This document shows positions 38,301 to 48,357 of a stretch of DNA of 64,000 nucleotides, piece after piece. Origin of the DNA: Verrucomicrobiales bacterium (GTDB taxonomy: Bacteria; Verrucomicrobiota; Verrucomicrobiia; Verrucomicrobiales; V1-33); the NCBI GenBank assembly GCA_031411295.1, contig JANOAV010000205.1:1-64000 (forward strand), written 5' to 3'. The position numbers and the translations under genes are program-made. Every line of letters begins with the position of its first letter. Positions within the stretch are counted from its first letter, which is position 1. The notes under the pieces were generated by a model. The model worked only from the letters and a program-made list of their open reading frames with translations. It was not told the origin of the DNA and did no database searches.

Positions 38301-38693
38301 ATGCACCAAATCAAGGATACCGCCCGCGCCGTGGTCCGCATCGGCTATGACGGGAGGGTTCACAAAACGTTCCGAGGGCATGAGGCCCGGCAGCGTTTTG
38401 AGAATGAATGCCACGTGCTGAAATATTTGGAATCCAGGGGGTGCGATTTCGTGCCGCGCTTGCTGGAAGCCGACCCGGAAACACTCTATTTGGTGACCAC
38501 GAACTGCGGGGCCCGAGTGGAGCGGATGTCGGACGACCGTCTGAAGGAATTGTTCAAGGAACTCGAATCCTTCGGCGTGCGCCATGATGATCCCTACCTG
38601 CGCAACGTAACGTATCGGCACAGCGATGGGCGATTCTGCCTCATCGATTTCGAACTGGCCACCATTATTGAACCCCTTCCTCCCACAACATGA
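38301..38693 (+). CDS. Minimal protein-kinase-like protein (130 aa)
   Basis: 'VHK', 'RFENE', 'VPRLL', catalytic-loop-like 'RHDDPYLRN', 'IDFE'. True start at 38301 inside the chimeric track ORF; ATGA overlap with PP2C. Confidence 0.75.
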   Translation: MHQIKDTARAVVRIGYDGRVHKTFRGHEARQRFENECHVLKYLESRGCDFVPRLLEADPETLYLVTTNCGARVERMSDDRLKELFKELESFGVRHDDPYLRNVTYRHSDGRFCLIDFELATIIEPLPPTT

Positions 38694-39523
38694 GTGCGGC
38701 TAGTTTTCCGCTCCAATGGTCGGGACTGAGCCATCCTGGCAAGGTCCGCACGAACAATGAAGACACCTTCCTGGCGCTGGCGTTCGATGCGCAGGAACTC
38801 CGATTTCTGGGAAAGACAGGGGTGGCGGATGGCTCGGAGCAGGATTTCGTATTTGCGGTTAGTGATGGCATGGGCGGAGCCAAGTCGGGCGAGTTTGCGA
38901 GTAAGATTGCCACGGAGCGAATTACGAAATTATTGCCGCGCAGTTTCCGGTATCGTGCGCTGGGAATGGAAAGCGGGTTTCAGGATATTTTGCAGGAATT
39001 GTTTCTGCGGATTCACCAGGAGATGCAAACCTTGGCGCGCTTCTATGAAGAGTGTGCCGGGATGGGGTGCACGCTGAGTCTGGGCTGGATTACGCCGGAG
39101 TTGTTCTATTTTGCGCACGTGGGAGACAGCCGGATTTATCATTTGCCCCGGCATGGGGCCATGCAGCAGATTACGCACGATCACAATTATGTGGGCTGGC
39201 TGCGGCGGCAGGGACAAATTACGGAATCCGAGGCCAGGCGGCATCCTCGTCGGCATGTGTTGCAGAAGGCGTTGGGGGCGGACCATCAATTTGTGGAGCC
39301 GCAGATTGGGGTGGTGCGCTATGAGCCGGGCGACCGTTTCCTGCTTTGTTCGGATGGATTGGTGGATGGGTTGTGGGATAACCGGATTGGAGCCCTGCTG
39401 GGGAGTGAACCGCTGCCCGGGGTCACCCAGAAGTTGTTGGACGAAGCGAATGCCAATTCCGGGAAGGACAATGTGACGGCGTTAGTGGTGGAGATGGGCC
39501 GCGCTGAGGTGAAGCCGCCATGA
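38690..39523 (+). CDS. PP2C/PPM Ser/Thr phosphatase
   Basis: 'RTNNED', 'VSDGMGG', 'HVGDSR', 'CSDGL', 'GKDNVT'. Confidence 0.93.
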   Translation: MSAASFPLQWSGLSHPGKVRTNNEDTFLALAFDAQELRFLGKTGVADGSEQDFVFAVSDGMGGAKSGEFASKIATERITKLLPRSFRYRALGMESGFQDILQELFLRIHQEMQTLARFYEECAGMGCTLSLGWITPELFYFAHVGDSRIYHLPRHGAMQQITHDHNYVGWLRRQGQITESEARRHPRRHVLQKALGADHQFVEPQIGVVRYEPGDRFLLCSDGLVDGLWDNRIGALLGSEPLPGVTQKLLDEANANSGKDNVTALVVEMGRAEVKPP

Positions 39524-39584
39524 CATTGGCCGTGGGCACATTCGCGGTTGCCATGGGGGAATTCCCCATGCTCTGTCCACGCCC

Positions 39585-41492
39585 ATGCCCGCTGTCCTCT
39601 CCGTAAAAAATCTCTGTCTCAAATTTAGTCTGCAAGAAGTCCTCAATGACGCCACCTTCGCCATTGAAGAAGCGGAGCACGTGGGATTGGTGGGGAGAAA
39701 TGGCTCCGGCAAGAGCAGCTTGTTCAAGATCATAGCCGGGCTGGACAAGCCTGACAGTGGGGTTGTTTCCACCAAGAATGGGTTAGTGATCAGTTACTTG
39801 TCCCAGGAGTTTACCTTGCGGGAAGACGCTACGGTGGCGGAAAATATCCGGGATGGCGGGGCTCATGTGATTGAGTTAATGGAGCGCTACGAAAGTGGCA
39901 ACGTCCCTGCCAGTCAGGAGTCCGCCTTGCTGGATCAGATCAATTTAATGGGCGGATGGGACTTGGAGGCAAGGATCGTTACCGCCATGAATCAATTGGG
40001 CACGCCGCCGGGTGATCGTCTGGTGGCAGGGTTGTCCGGCGGAGAGAAACGTCGCGTGGCGTTATGTCGGGCACTGGTGACTTCCCCAGATCTGCTCCTG
40101 CTGGACGAACCGACGAATCACTTGGATGCCGAAAGTATTCTCTGGCTGGAGGAGTTCCTCAAATCGTTCAAGGGAGCCTGTTTCTTCGTGACGCATGATC
40201 GCTATTTCCTGGATCGCATTGCCCAGCGGATTCTGGAGTTGGAGAGCGGGAAAATTTACAGTCACCCGGGGAGCTATCGTGATTTCTTGGTCTCGAAGCA
40301 GGATCGGCAAGCGGCGGATTCGGCCCGAGAAGATCGGCGGCAGAAGTTTCTGAAGAGCGAATTGGAATTCGTGCGCGCAGGTGTGAAGGCGCGACGGACT
40401 AAGAGTCGGGATCGCTTGGATAAATACTACGAAGTGGCCGCGCAGGAGGGGCCCTCGCAGGAAATGGACATGGAGTTGCTCATTCCGCCACCGCCGCCGC
40501 TGGCGAACATTGTGGTGGAAGCGAAAGCGGCGGGATATGCCTACGGGCCCAGGACGTTGTTTGAGAATCTAACCATCACCTTCGAGCCCGGCACCGTCAC
40601 GGGCATCGTGGGGCGGAATGGGATGGGCAAGACGACGCTACTCAATGTGCTGATGGGAGTGATGGAACCGACGCAGGGGACGGTCTTGGTGGGCAAGCGC
40701 ACGGTGTTCAACTATGTGGATCAGCATCGGCTCACCTTGGATGACTCCAAGAGCGTCATTGAGGAGATCGGGGGCAATAGTGATTTCGTGACCTTTGGCG
40801 ATCAGAAACTGCATGTGCGGACATACTTGAAGCGCTTCCTGTTCACCGATGAGCGGGTGCAAATGAAGATTGACCGACTCAGCGGCGGGGAACGCTCGCG
40901 CTTATTGTTGGCGAAGATTCTGATTCGCGGCGGGAATTTCCTCGTCTTGGATGAACCCACCAACGATCTCGACTTGCCCACGCTGAACATTTTGGAGGAA
41001 GCGCTGCTGGAGTTTCCTGGAGTCGTGCTCGTGGTTAGCCACGATCGCTTTTTCCTGGATCGCGTGTGTGATCGGTTGCTGGTCTTCGAGCAAGTGGGCG
41101 AGCTGCAGCTCTGTGCCGGCAATCACAGTTACTATCAAGAGAAACGAGCTGAACGCCTGGCAGCCCAGAAGGCAGCCGCCAGCGCGCCTGCTGCAGCCAC
41201 CAAAGCTGCGGCCCCGGTGGTCGCGGCGGTGCCAACCCCTGCGAAGGAGAAAACCCGAAAACTCACTTGGAAGGAAGCGCGCGAGCTGGAAACCATGGAA
41301 GCTACGATAGCCCAGGCCGAACAAGAGTTGGCGAAATACGAATCCACTTTGGCGGATCCAGCTTTCTTTACCACCGCCGGAGCCAACGTCCAAGCCACCA
41401 TCAACGCCGAAGAGAAACAACGCAAAGCCGTGCAGGCGCTCTACCAACGCTGGGAAGAATTGGAAGCCATCCGCGCGGGCTCTGAAGGTTGA
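39585..41492 (+). CDS. ABC-F family ATPase (Uup-like)
   Basis: Two NBDs (GRNGSGKS, LSGGE, LDEPTNHLD; GRNGMGKT, LSGGE, LDEPTNDLD), no TM, C-terminal coiled coil. Confidence 0.92.
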   Translation: MPAVLSVKNLCLKFSLQEVLNDATFAIEEAEHVGLVGRNGSGKSSLFKIIAGLDKPDSGVVSTKNGLVISYLSQEFTLREDATVAENIRDGGAHVIELMERYESGNVPASQESALLDQINLMGGWDLEARIVTAMNQLGTPPGDRLVAGLSGGEKRRVALCRALVTSPDLLLLDEPTNHLDAESILWLEEFLKSFKGACFFVTHDRYFLDRIAQRILELESGKIYSHPGSYRDFLVSKQDRQAADSAREDRRQKFLKSELEFVRAGVKARRTKSRDRLDKYYEVAAQEGPSQEMDMELLIPPPPPLANIVVEAKAAGYAYGPRTLFENLTITFEPGTVTGIVGRNGMGKTTLLNVLMGVMEPTQGTVLVGKRTVFNYVDQHRLTLDDSKSVIEEIGGNSDFVTFGDQKLHVRTYLKRFLFTDERVQMKIDRLSGGERSRLLLAKILIRGGNFLVLDEPTNDLDLPTLNILEEALLEFPGVVLVVSHDRFFLDRVCDRLLVFEQVGELQLCAGNHSYYQEKRAERLAAQKAAASAPAAATKAAAPVVAAVPTPAKEKTRKLTWKEARELETMEATIAQAEQELAKYESTLADPAFFTTAGANVQATINAEEKQRKAVQALYQRWEELEAIRAGSEG

Positions 41493-41512
41493 TGCCTTGA
41501 GGCGGGGCAGCG

Positions 41513-41580
41513 AGGTGGTCCGCACAGTCCTCTGTGCGGCCCTCCCCGATGAACCGCACAGAGGACTGTGCAGACCACCT
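41513..41580. repeat. REP-like inverted doublet, family 1
   Basis: AGGTGGTCCGCACAGTCCTCTGTGCGG / CCGCACAGAGGACTGTGCAGACCACCT, 27-bp arms with one mismatch. Confidence 0.85.
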
Positions 41581-41712
41581 AAATTCACCCCTTGGCAGAC
41601 CTGATGACTGCAGATGAATGCTGGTGGGTTATCGCTTTGGGCGACTTCATCAGCTTCGTGAAAACCTTCGCCAACCCATCGGCGGGACGCCACATTTCCG
41701 ACACGATCCTGA

Positions 41713-41782
41713 TTGGTAAAAGATGGTTGGTAAAAGATGAAGACTTTCCTAACCCAATTTTTTACCAAGAATCTTTTACCAA
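41713..41782. repeat. AT-rich nested direct/inverted repeat
   Basis: TTGGTAAAAGATGGTTGGTAAAA ... TTTTACCAAGAATCTTTTACCAA. Confidence 0.7.
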
Positions 41783-41839
41783 ATTACCAATGAGGTTGGG
41801 GCTGATGGGCGGGACGCCCATGCCACTGAGGTGGTGCCG

Positions 41840-43282
41840 CTACTTGAGCAGCGACATAATCACTTGGGGGCAAACGCCAAAGACAATCGCGGCTACCATC
41901 AGGGCTACGATGGTGGCCTTTGTCAGTGGTTCCAAGGTGATGGGGGTGGTATCGGTGGTGACATTCCAATACATGCTGCGGATGATTTTGAAATAGTAGT
42001 AGAAGCCAGCCACGGCTCCGATCACTGCGATCACGACGGGCCAGGTATGGCCGGAATCGACTGCGAGGGTGAAGACGAAGAATTTACCGAGGAAGCCAGC
42101 CGTCAGCGGCACGCCGGCCAAGCTGATGGCGCTAATGAGCATGGCAAAAGCGAGGAAGGGACTGCGTTGGGAAAGGCCGTCAAAGGCGCTGAGGTCGTCA
42201 CTGCCTTTGACCCGTGCGATCACGCCCAGCACCGCAAAGGCCAGCAGCGTCATGATGAGATAGGTCGCCAAATAGAAGGAAACGACTTGGATCGGGGAGA
42301 GTTGAGAATTGTGGGGCAGACTGCCGAGCGCCAATAGGAGGAAGCCCGCATGGGAAATACTGGAGTAGGCCAGCAGACGCTTAAAGTTCGTCTGCGGAAT
42401 GGCCGCCATATTACCAACCAGCAACGTGGCACCAGCGATGGCCACCAGGAGGCTGACCGTGGTGTGCTGCAAGTTTGCCGATGCCAGAAATGGCTCCAGG
42501 AGTCGGTAGCCGATGATGAATCCAGCGGATTTGGACCCGACGGACAGATAAGCTGTCACGGGGGAAGCGGCCCCTTGATACACATCAGGCACCCAGAATT
42601 GGAAGGGGACGGCGGCCACTTTAAAGGAAAGGCCCACGAGAATCAGCGACAACGCAAACAAGGCGGCGGTCTTGTGTTCGGTAACTTGGAGGGCTTCCTT
42701 GATGGCGACCAGATTGGTTTGCCCGGTGACACCGAAGAGCCAGGCGATGCCGTAGATCAGGAATCCGGTGCTCAGCGCGCCCAGCACCAGATACTTCGTG
42801 CCGGCCTCGAGGGAAAGCTTGTTTTTCCGTTGGTAGGCCACCATGACATAGAAGGCGATGGTGATGAGTTCCAAGGAGACAAAGATGCTGGTCAGGTCCT
42901 TGGCGGAGGCCATCCACATCATGCCAGTGCAGATGAAGACCGGCAGCGCGAAGAACTCGCCAATCGCTGGACCACCACCGGCACGAGCCACGAAGCGTTC
43001 CAGCACGGGGGCGTAGTCCAAACTCAAAATGAGCACAATAATCGTCGTCAACAGGGCGATCCCTTTGTAGAACAAGGCGAGCGAATCGGCGGTGTAAAAC
43101 GACCAGAAAGGCGTGGTGCCTTCGCAATTACAAACGAACGGCAACAGGCCAAAGGTAATCGTCAGGCCGACGATAGCCGCGTAACCGATGAGGCGTTTTT
43201 TGGTGGGGCCGATGAAGGCTTCAGCCAGGAGCAGGAGCAAACCCAGCGACAAAGTAACAATTTCCAAGACGTAAGCAGGCAT
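41840..43282 (-). CDS. nuoN: NADH-quinone oxidoreductase subunit N
   Basis: 'SLEAGTKYLVLG', 'FKVAAVPFQFWVPDVYQGA', 'KRLLAYSSISHAG'. Confidence 0.93.
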   Translation of the reverse strand: MPAYVLEIVTLSLGLLLLLAEAFIGPTKKRLIGYAAIVGLTITFGLLPFVCNCEGTTPFWSFYTADSLALFYKGIALLTTIIVLILSLDYAPVLERFVARAGGGPAIGEFFALPVFICTGMMWMASAKDLTSIFVSLELITIAFYVMVAYQRKNKLSLEAGTKYLVLGALSTGFLIYGIAWLFGVTGQTNLVAIKEALQVTEHKTAALFALSLILVGLSFKVAAVPFQFWVPDVYQGAASPVTAYLSVGSKSAGFIIGYRLLEPFLASANLQHTTVSLLVAIAGATLLVGNMAAIPQTNFKRLLAYSSISHAGFLLLALGSLPHNSQLSPIQVVSFYLATYLIMTLLAFAVLGVIARVKGSDDLSAFDGLSQRSPFLAFAMLISAISLAGVPLTAGFLGKFFVFTLAVDSGHTWPVVIAVIGAVAGFYYYFKIIRSMYWNVTTDTTPITLEPLTKATIVALMVAAIVFGVCPQVIMSLLK

Positions 43283-43294
43283 TCGTGGCGTCGG

Positions 43295-44773
43295 TTAGTG
43301 GCTGGCGAAAAGGTGGAGCACTGGTTTGACCAGATTGAGGAGCAGGTTCGGGTAGAAACCCACCACGAGGAGGGCGGCCACGAGGAGGAAGAGCGGAAAT
43401 TTCTGACTTAGCGTGAGCGGGGCGGGATCTGCTGCGGGAAGTTCCCCAGGCGGCCCGAGGAAGACTTTGCGATACGCCCGCAGCATATAGACCGCAGAAA
43501 TCACGACTCCCCACAGGGCGAAAATCGTGGTCAGTTGCACGGGACCAATGAGGCCATGCGAATCTTGGAAGCCGCTGAAGAAGACCATGACTTCGGCTGC
43601 GAAATTGGCGAAGCCGGGCAGGCCCAAGGAAGCCATGGCGGCCATGCCGAAGAGCAGTCCCAGCAGCGGAGCGCGCTTGGCCAGTCCCCCGAGCCGACTC
43701 ATTTCGACGCTGCCAGTGAGGCGGCGGACATCGCCCGACAGTGCGAACAGCAGCGCAATGGAGACCCCGTGGGCGAACATCAGCAGCACCGCTCCAGCAT
43801 AGCCGATCTCATTACCAGCGGCCAACCCGAGGAAAACATACCCCATATGCATCACGCTGGAGTGGCCGAGGACTTGGTCCAGACTCTTTTGAGAAATGGT
43901 GACGAGACCAATCAGGATAATGTTTCCGAGCAGGAGCCAGAGCATGATGTTCTGACAGGCACTGGCACCCAGTGGCAGCAGGGGAATGGCGATCCGCAGG
44001 AGGCCGTAGAGACCGAATTTCTTGAGCACACCCGCATGCAACATGGCGATTGGCGTGGGGGCGGCGGCGTAAGCGGGGGCGGCCCAGGAATGGAAAGGAA
44101 AGAGGGAAATCAAGACGCCGAAACCGATGAAGAGTGTCAGGAAAATGGATTTCTGGGTGGCTGCATCCAAGAGCAGTGCGCCAGCCTTGAGGCTGGCCAC
44201 GTCGAAGGTCAGCGCTCCGGCGGGGCTGGCTTTGAGGACCAGCCAGACTAGTCCGGCCAAGAGGATAAGACTGCCGAGGCCAAGATAAATGGTGATTTTC
44301 CAAGCCGCATGAAGTCTGATTTCCCGGCCCCCGTGGCCGTAGAGACCGATCATCAGGAAGGTGGGGATGAGCGCCAACTCATGAAAGGCGTAAATGAAGA
44401 AGAGGTCCGTCGTCACAAACGCTCCCATGGCTCCGGCGGAAATCAGGAGACAAGAAATGAACCACAATTTTGCACTCACGGAATCTGGAGCCTTGATCCA
44501 GACGGCACAAAAGGTAACCAGAGCCGAGAGGAGCACCAGAATCAGACTCAGGCCGTCCAAGCCCACCGCATAGGCAATGCGAGGGGAATCCAGCACCAGG
44601 CGGCTGGCGGTATATTGGAAATCGCTGCCGCCCTTAAATCCCACCCACAATGCGATGACGATCGCCAAATTAGCTGCCGCGGCAGCAATGGCCGTGACGC
44701 GTGCAGGAGCCCCGAAAGCGATGCCGAGGGCGGCCAGAATTGGTAAAAAGATCAATAAATCGAGCGGACTCAA
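43295..44773 (-). CDS. nuoM: NADH-quinone oxidoreductase subunit M
   Basis: 'GLDGLS', 'FHELALIP', 'FPFHSW', 'LKKFGLYG', 'ASLGLPGFANFAAE'. Probable TTG start at 44773. Confidence 0.9.
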   Translation of the reverse strand: MSPLDLLIFLPILAALGIAFGAPARVTAIAAAAANLAIVIALWVGFKGGSDFQYTASRLVLDSPRIAYAVGLDGLSLILVLLSALVTFCAVWIKAPDSVSAKLWFISCLLISAGAMGAFVTTDLFFIYAFHELALIPTFLMIGLYGHGGREIRLHAAWKITIYLGLGSLILLAGLVWLVLKASPAGALTFDVASLKAGALLLDAATQKSIFLTLFIGFGVLISLFPFHSWAAPAYAAAPTPIAMLHAGVLKKFGLYGLLRIAIPLLPLGASACQNIMLWLLLGNIILIGLVTISQKSLDQVLGHSSVMHMGYVFLGLAAGNEIGYAGAVLLMFAHGVSIALLFALSGDVRRLTGSVEMSRLGGLAKRAPLLGLLFGMAAMASLGLPGFANFAAEVMVFFSGFQDSHGLIGPVQLTTIFALWGVVISAVYMLRAYRKVFLGPPGELPAADPAPLTLSQKFPLFLLVAALLVVGFYPNLLLNLVKPVLHLFASH

Positions 44774-44885
44774 GGGAAATGGCGGGTCAGTGGTGGACAG
44801 TTCCAGGTAAATTTCACTGGGCAAAACGCACCAGTTTAAAGAACTCGAACTATTGAAGCGGGCTGAAATTTCCGGCAAGCCCTAT

Positions 44886-44903
44886 TTGTGAAAAATTTCA
44901 CAA
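44886..44903. promoter_or_regulatory. Rex-type operator
   Basis: TTGTGAA-AAAT-TTCACAA upstream of nuoM. Confidence 0.8.
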
Positions 44904-44936
44904 GCTCCGGCAGAATTTGCGCTAAGAGATGCTCAA

Positions 44937-45599
44937 TCAGGGATTGAGCCGGGCCGCGCGTTCCAGAGGATCAAGCGCAGAGGGTGGTTCGATTAGAGAA
45001 ATATTATCCAGAGTCGCGTGGCTGGGCGGGTCGGATGGAGGGGCTACCGGAAGGCTGGGGAAGGAATCCGGTTGGGCTGCGGGGGGCGGTTCGGCTTTAG
45101 CCTCGCGTAAACGCAGGAGTTCAATTTCCCGTTGGTCTTGGGTTGCCCACCACGGACGCCATTTATGGCGCTTCATGTAATAATAGGTGGAAAGCAGGAA
45201 GCCTAGCATCAGAAGCGTGGCCAAGCGTTTAGTCCAACGCACCCACGTTGAGTCCAGGAACTTGTCACAAGCCCGGTTGAGGGAATTCTTGCGCCGAATG
45301 CGGCGGAGTTCGGCCTTGCGGGATTCATTGGGTTCCAACTTGATCGTGCCTGGCGGAACCACGTGCTTGGCAACGAAGGGCGCTGGTTTCTGCGGTTGCG
45401 GTGCCGCAGAGAAGGGGGGATAGGCCACACTTACAGAGGGGCCGAAGTTGGTTGCGTCTGGCGGCGGGGCCATCACTCTATTCCCGCAGCATGGACAGGG
45501 ACCGGACTGTCCGATGGTAGAAAAAGGCACCCCTAGCACGGTGTGGCAGTGCGGGCAGGCAAAATGATAAAGTTCTGTAGGTGAGACGGGAGCGGTCAT
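44937..45599 (-). CDS. Zn-ribbon membrane hypothetical protein
   Basis: CPHC...CPCC, Pro-rich linker, one TM helix. Confidence 0.65.
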   Translation of the reverse strand: MTAPVSPTELYHFACPHCHTVLGVPFSTIGQSGPCPCCGNRVMAPPPDATNFGPSVSVAYPPFSAAPQPQKPAPFVAKHVVPPGTIKLEPNESRKAELRRIRRKNSLNRACDKFLDSTWVRWTKRLATLLMLGFLLSTYYYMKRHKWRPWWATQDQREIELLRLREAKAEPPPAAQPDSFPSLPVAPPSDPPSHATLDNISLIEPPSALDPLERAARLNP

Positions 45600-45850
45600 G
45601 GTTCGACTCGGTTGCCCTATCATAATCCTAGGCGAATATTTTGACCAGTGAAATATTAGCTTTTGCTTAATTTTTTCGTAACAACACAGCCAAAAGCTGA
45701 TTTTGGCTGGAATTGGTTCACGCAGCGTCCGGTGCCGCCAATCCCGAAATTATCGAGACTATCCGCAGTGTGGGCTATCCCTATCGGGGGTAAGCAAAGA
45801 TTTATTTCACGCTTGCTTACTTTGTGCTAAAGGGATGGTTCCTCCTTACT

Positions 45851-48346
45851 ATGACCGCAACGGCTTCCCCCGCAGTGAACCCGTCCCTGAACGGACTGCT
45901 CCCGCTCCAAGATTATCGTCCTCTTCCTGGCACCTTCGATGAAATGATGGCACCAGATGGATCCGTGCGGCCTCACTGGGAGAAGTTGGTAGCCGCCTTG
46001 CAGCAAGTGGGCCCGACGGAAATGAAGGCGCGGGGAGACTCGGTGCAGCGCCTGCTGGGCGATCATGGAGTGACCTATAACATTTACAACGACGGGGCGG
46101 CCACCCACCGCCCGTGGGCCTTGGATTTGGTGCCGTTTGTCGTTTCTGCGCAGGAAATGCAGACCGTGAGTGAAGGGCTCAAGCAACGGTCGTTGCTCTT
46201 GCATCTGATTATGACCGATCTCTACGGTCCGCAGCGGTTGGTCAAGGAGGGGTGGATTCCGCCGGCCTTACTGCATGCCAATCCCGGCTTCCTGCGGGTG
46301 GTGCACGGGATCACGCCACCGGGAGGACGGTTCGTTTCCACCATGGGCACCGACTTGGTGCGGGGTGCCGATGGCGCTTGGCGGGTGTTGATTGATCGGA
46401 CGCAGGCCCCTTCCGGCAAGGGCTACACGTTGGAAAACCGCATCCTCCTCTCAACGGTTTTTCCCCAGGAGTTCAAAACGTGCTCCGTGCAGCGCCTGGC
46501 GGCGTTCTACGATCGGGAGCGGGAAAGCCTTCGGTCCATGGCTCCGGCCGGTCAGCGGCAGCCAACGATTGTCCTCCTCACGCCGGGACCGTTGAATGAA
46601 ACGTATTTTGAACATGCCTTCAAAGCCCGCTATTTGGGGTTTCCGTTAGTCGAAGGCAATGACCTGACCGTCCGCGGCCAGCATTTGCATCTCAAAACGC
46701 TGGAAGGACTGCGGCGGGTGGACGTGGTGGTGCGGCGGGTGGATGATCTCTTCTGTGATCCATTGGAGTTGCGCTCGGATACCTTCCTCGGCGTGCCTGG
46801 CTTGATGGAAGCATGGCGTGCGGGTAATGTTAGCATTGTCAATGGCCTGGGGGCCGGACTGGTGGAAACGCCCGCGCTGCATCCCTTCCTGCCGGGGCTT
46901 TGTAAACACTTGCTCCAGCAGCAACTCAAGCTCCCTTGCCTGCCCACGTGGTGGTGCGGTCAACCTCAGCAGTTGAAAATGCTGGCTGCCGATCCTTCCC
47001 GCTGGGTCGTCAAACAAGCCTTCGCTTACGGTCAGCGCACCCCCATTTTCCTTGATCAACTCACCGCCGCGGCCCAGCGCCAAGTCTTGCTCCAAATCGA
47101 ACGGGAGCCGCACGCTTGGGTGGCGCAGGAAAGACTCCAACTCTCCACGGCCCCCACGTGGGTGGAGGGGAAATTGGTGCCTCGCTCGCTGGTCTGGCGG
47201 GCCTTTACCCTGGCCGATGAAAGTGGTTGCACCGTGATGCCCGGCGGGTTGACGCGGGTTGCACCCAGCCAGGAAGGCTGGTCCGTCACCATGCAGAGTG
47301 GTGGTATCAGCAAAGATACGTGGGTGATTACGGATGGACCGGTGGACTCATTCAGCTTGCTTAATGAGCAGGTCACCGTGATCCGCCCCGCCCGCCCGCC
47401 CAGCGGCGTGCCGAGTCGCGTGGCGGATCATTTGTTCTGGTTAGGGCGGTATGCCGAGCGCCTGGAACAAACCGTGCGCGTGCTCCGAACCATCCTCTTG
47501 CGCATGACAGGCGAAGGCTCCCAGCAGCAAACCAGCGAACTGCAAGCCTGCACCCAACTGCTGCAGGGAATCAAACTCATCAAGCCGTCCGCCACGCTCG
47601 CCACCGAGCTTCCGGCCCTCTTGACTGACCCCAAGCGGGAAGGTAGTCTGCCGGAGTTATTGGGCCGGCTACGTTTCAATGCAAGTTCCGCCAGAGACCG
47701 GCTTTCCGATGATACTTGGCGGCTATTTAACCGCCTAGCCGCCGATCTGACCCGCCCGCAGACGAGTCTGGCGGTCTCCAAATCCCTCGAACTCCTGGAC
47801 ACGCTGATCCTTGATTTGGCAGCCTTCAGCGGCATGATGCTGGAGAACATGACGCGTGGTCATGGGTGGCGGTTTCTGGAAATTGGCCGTCGCTTGGAAC
47901 GGTCCCTTACCTTGTTATCGCTCCTGAAATCCAGTATTGGCATCTCCGCCCACAACGATGCCATCCTCACCCCACTGTTGGAAATTTGCGACAGTAGCAT
48001 GACCTACCGCCGACTGCACTTCGCCCGACCCACCTTGGTGCCCACGGTCGATTTGCTGCTGCTCAATCCGATCAATCCCCGCTCCGTCGTGTGGCAACTT
48101 CACGCCCTGGCCCGTCAGGCCAATGAGTTGCCGGTGGATCAGCGCTCCGCCCTCGCTGGCAGTGAGAAGGCCATGACGGATCGACTGCTCTCCGAGCTGG
48201 CCAGTCTGAATCTGAACTCCGCCTCGGAACCCTGGGCCCAGCACGCATTGCCGGATTGGTGCCAGCAGCGCTTGGATGATGTGGAAGAACTTTCGGGTGG
48301 TCTCACGGAACATTATTTCAGCCATGCCAAGCGATTGGAACACTAG
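45851..48346 (+). CDS. Circularly permuted ATP-grasp fused to alpha-E (DUF403) domain
   Basis: 'FDEM...VRPHW', 'DRTQAPSG.GYTLENR', 'LTPGPLNETYFEH', 'MPGGLTR', 'SKDTWV', then 'FWLGRYAER' and 'IGRRLER'. Confidence 0.9.
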   Translation: MTATASPAVNPSLNGLLPLQDYRPLPGTFDEMMAPDGSVRPHWEKLVAALQQVGPTEMKARGDSVQRLLGDHGVTYNIYNDGAATHRPWALDLVPFVVSAQEMQTVSEGLKQRSLLLHLIMTDLYGPQRLVKEGWIPPALLHANPGFLRVVHGITPPGGRFVSTMGTDLVRGADGAWRVLIDRTQAPSGKGYTLENRILLSTVFPQEFKTCSVQRLAAFYDRERESLRSMAPAGQRQPTIVLLTPGPLNETYFEHAFKARYLGFPLVEGNDLTVRGQHLHLKTLEGLRRVDVVVRRVDDLFCDPLELRSDTFLGVPGLMEAWRAGNVSIVNGLGAGLVETPALHPFLPGLCKHLLQQQLKLPCLPTWWCGQPQQLKMLAADPSRWVVKQAFAYGQRTPIFLDQLTAAAQRQVLLQIEREPHAWVAQERLQLSTAPTWVEGKLVPRSLVWRAFTLADESGCTVMPGGLTRVAPSQEGWSVTMQSGGISKDTWVITDGPVDSFSLLNEQVTVIRPARPPSGVPSRVADHLFWLGRYAERLEQTVRVLRTILLRMTGEGSQQQTSELQACTQLLQGIKLIKPSATLATELPALLTDPKREGSLPELLGRLRFNASSARDRLSDDTWRLFNRLAADLTRPQTSLAVSKSLELLDTLILDLAAFSGMMLENMTRGHGWRFLEIGRRLERSLTLLSLLKSSIGISAHNDAILTPLLEICDSSMTYRRLHFARPTLVPTVDLLLLNPINPRSVVWQLHALARQANELPVDQRSALAGSEKAMTDRLLSELASLNLNSASEPWAQHALPDWCQQRLDDVEELSGGLTEHYFSHAKRLEH

Positions 48347-48357
48347 CGCGCGCCCTT

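Noticed and set aside
38302..38318. NtrC site (TGCACCA...) upstream of glnII
   Set aside because: Only a half-site, and it overlaps the kinase start codon.
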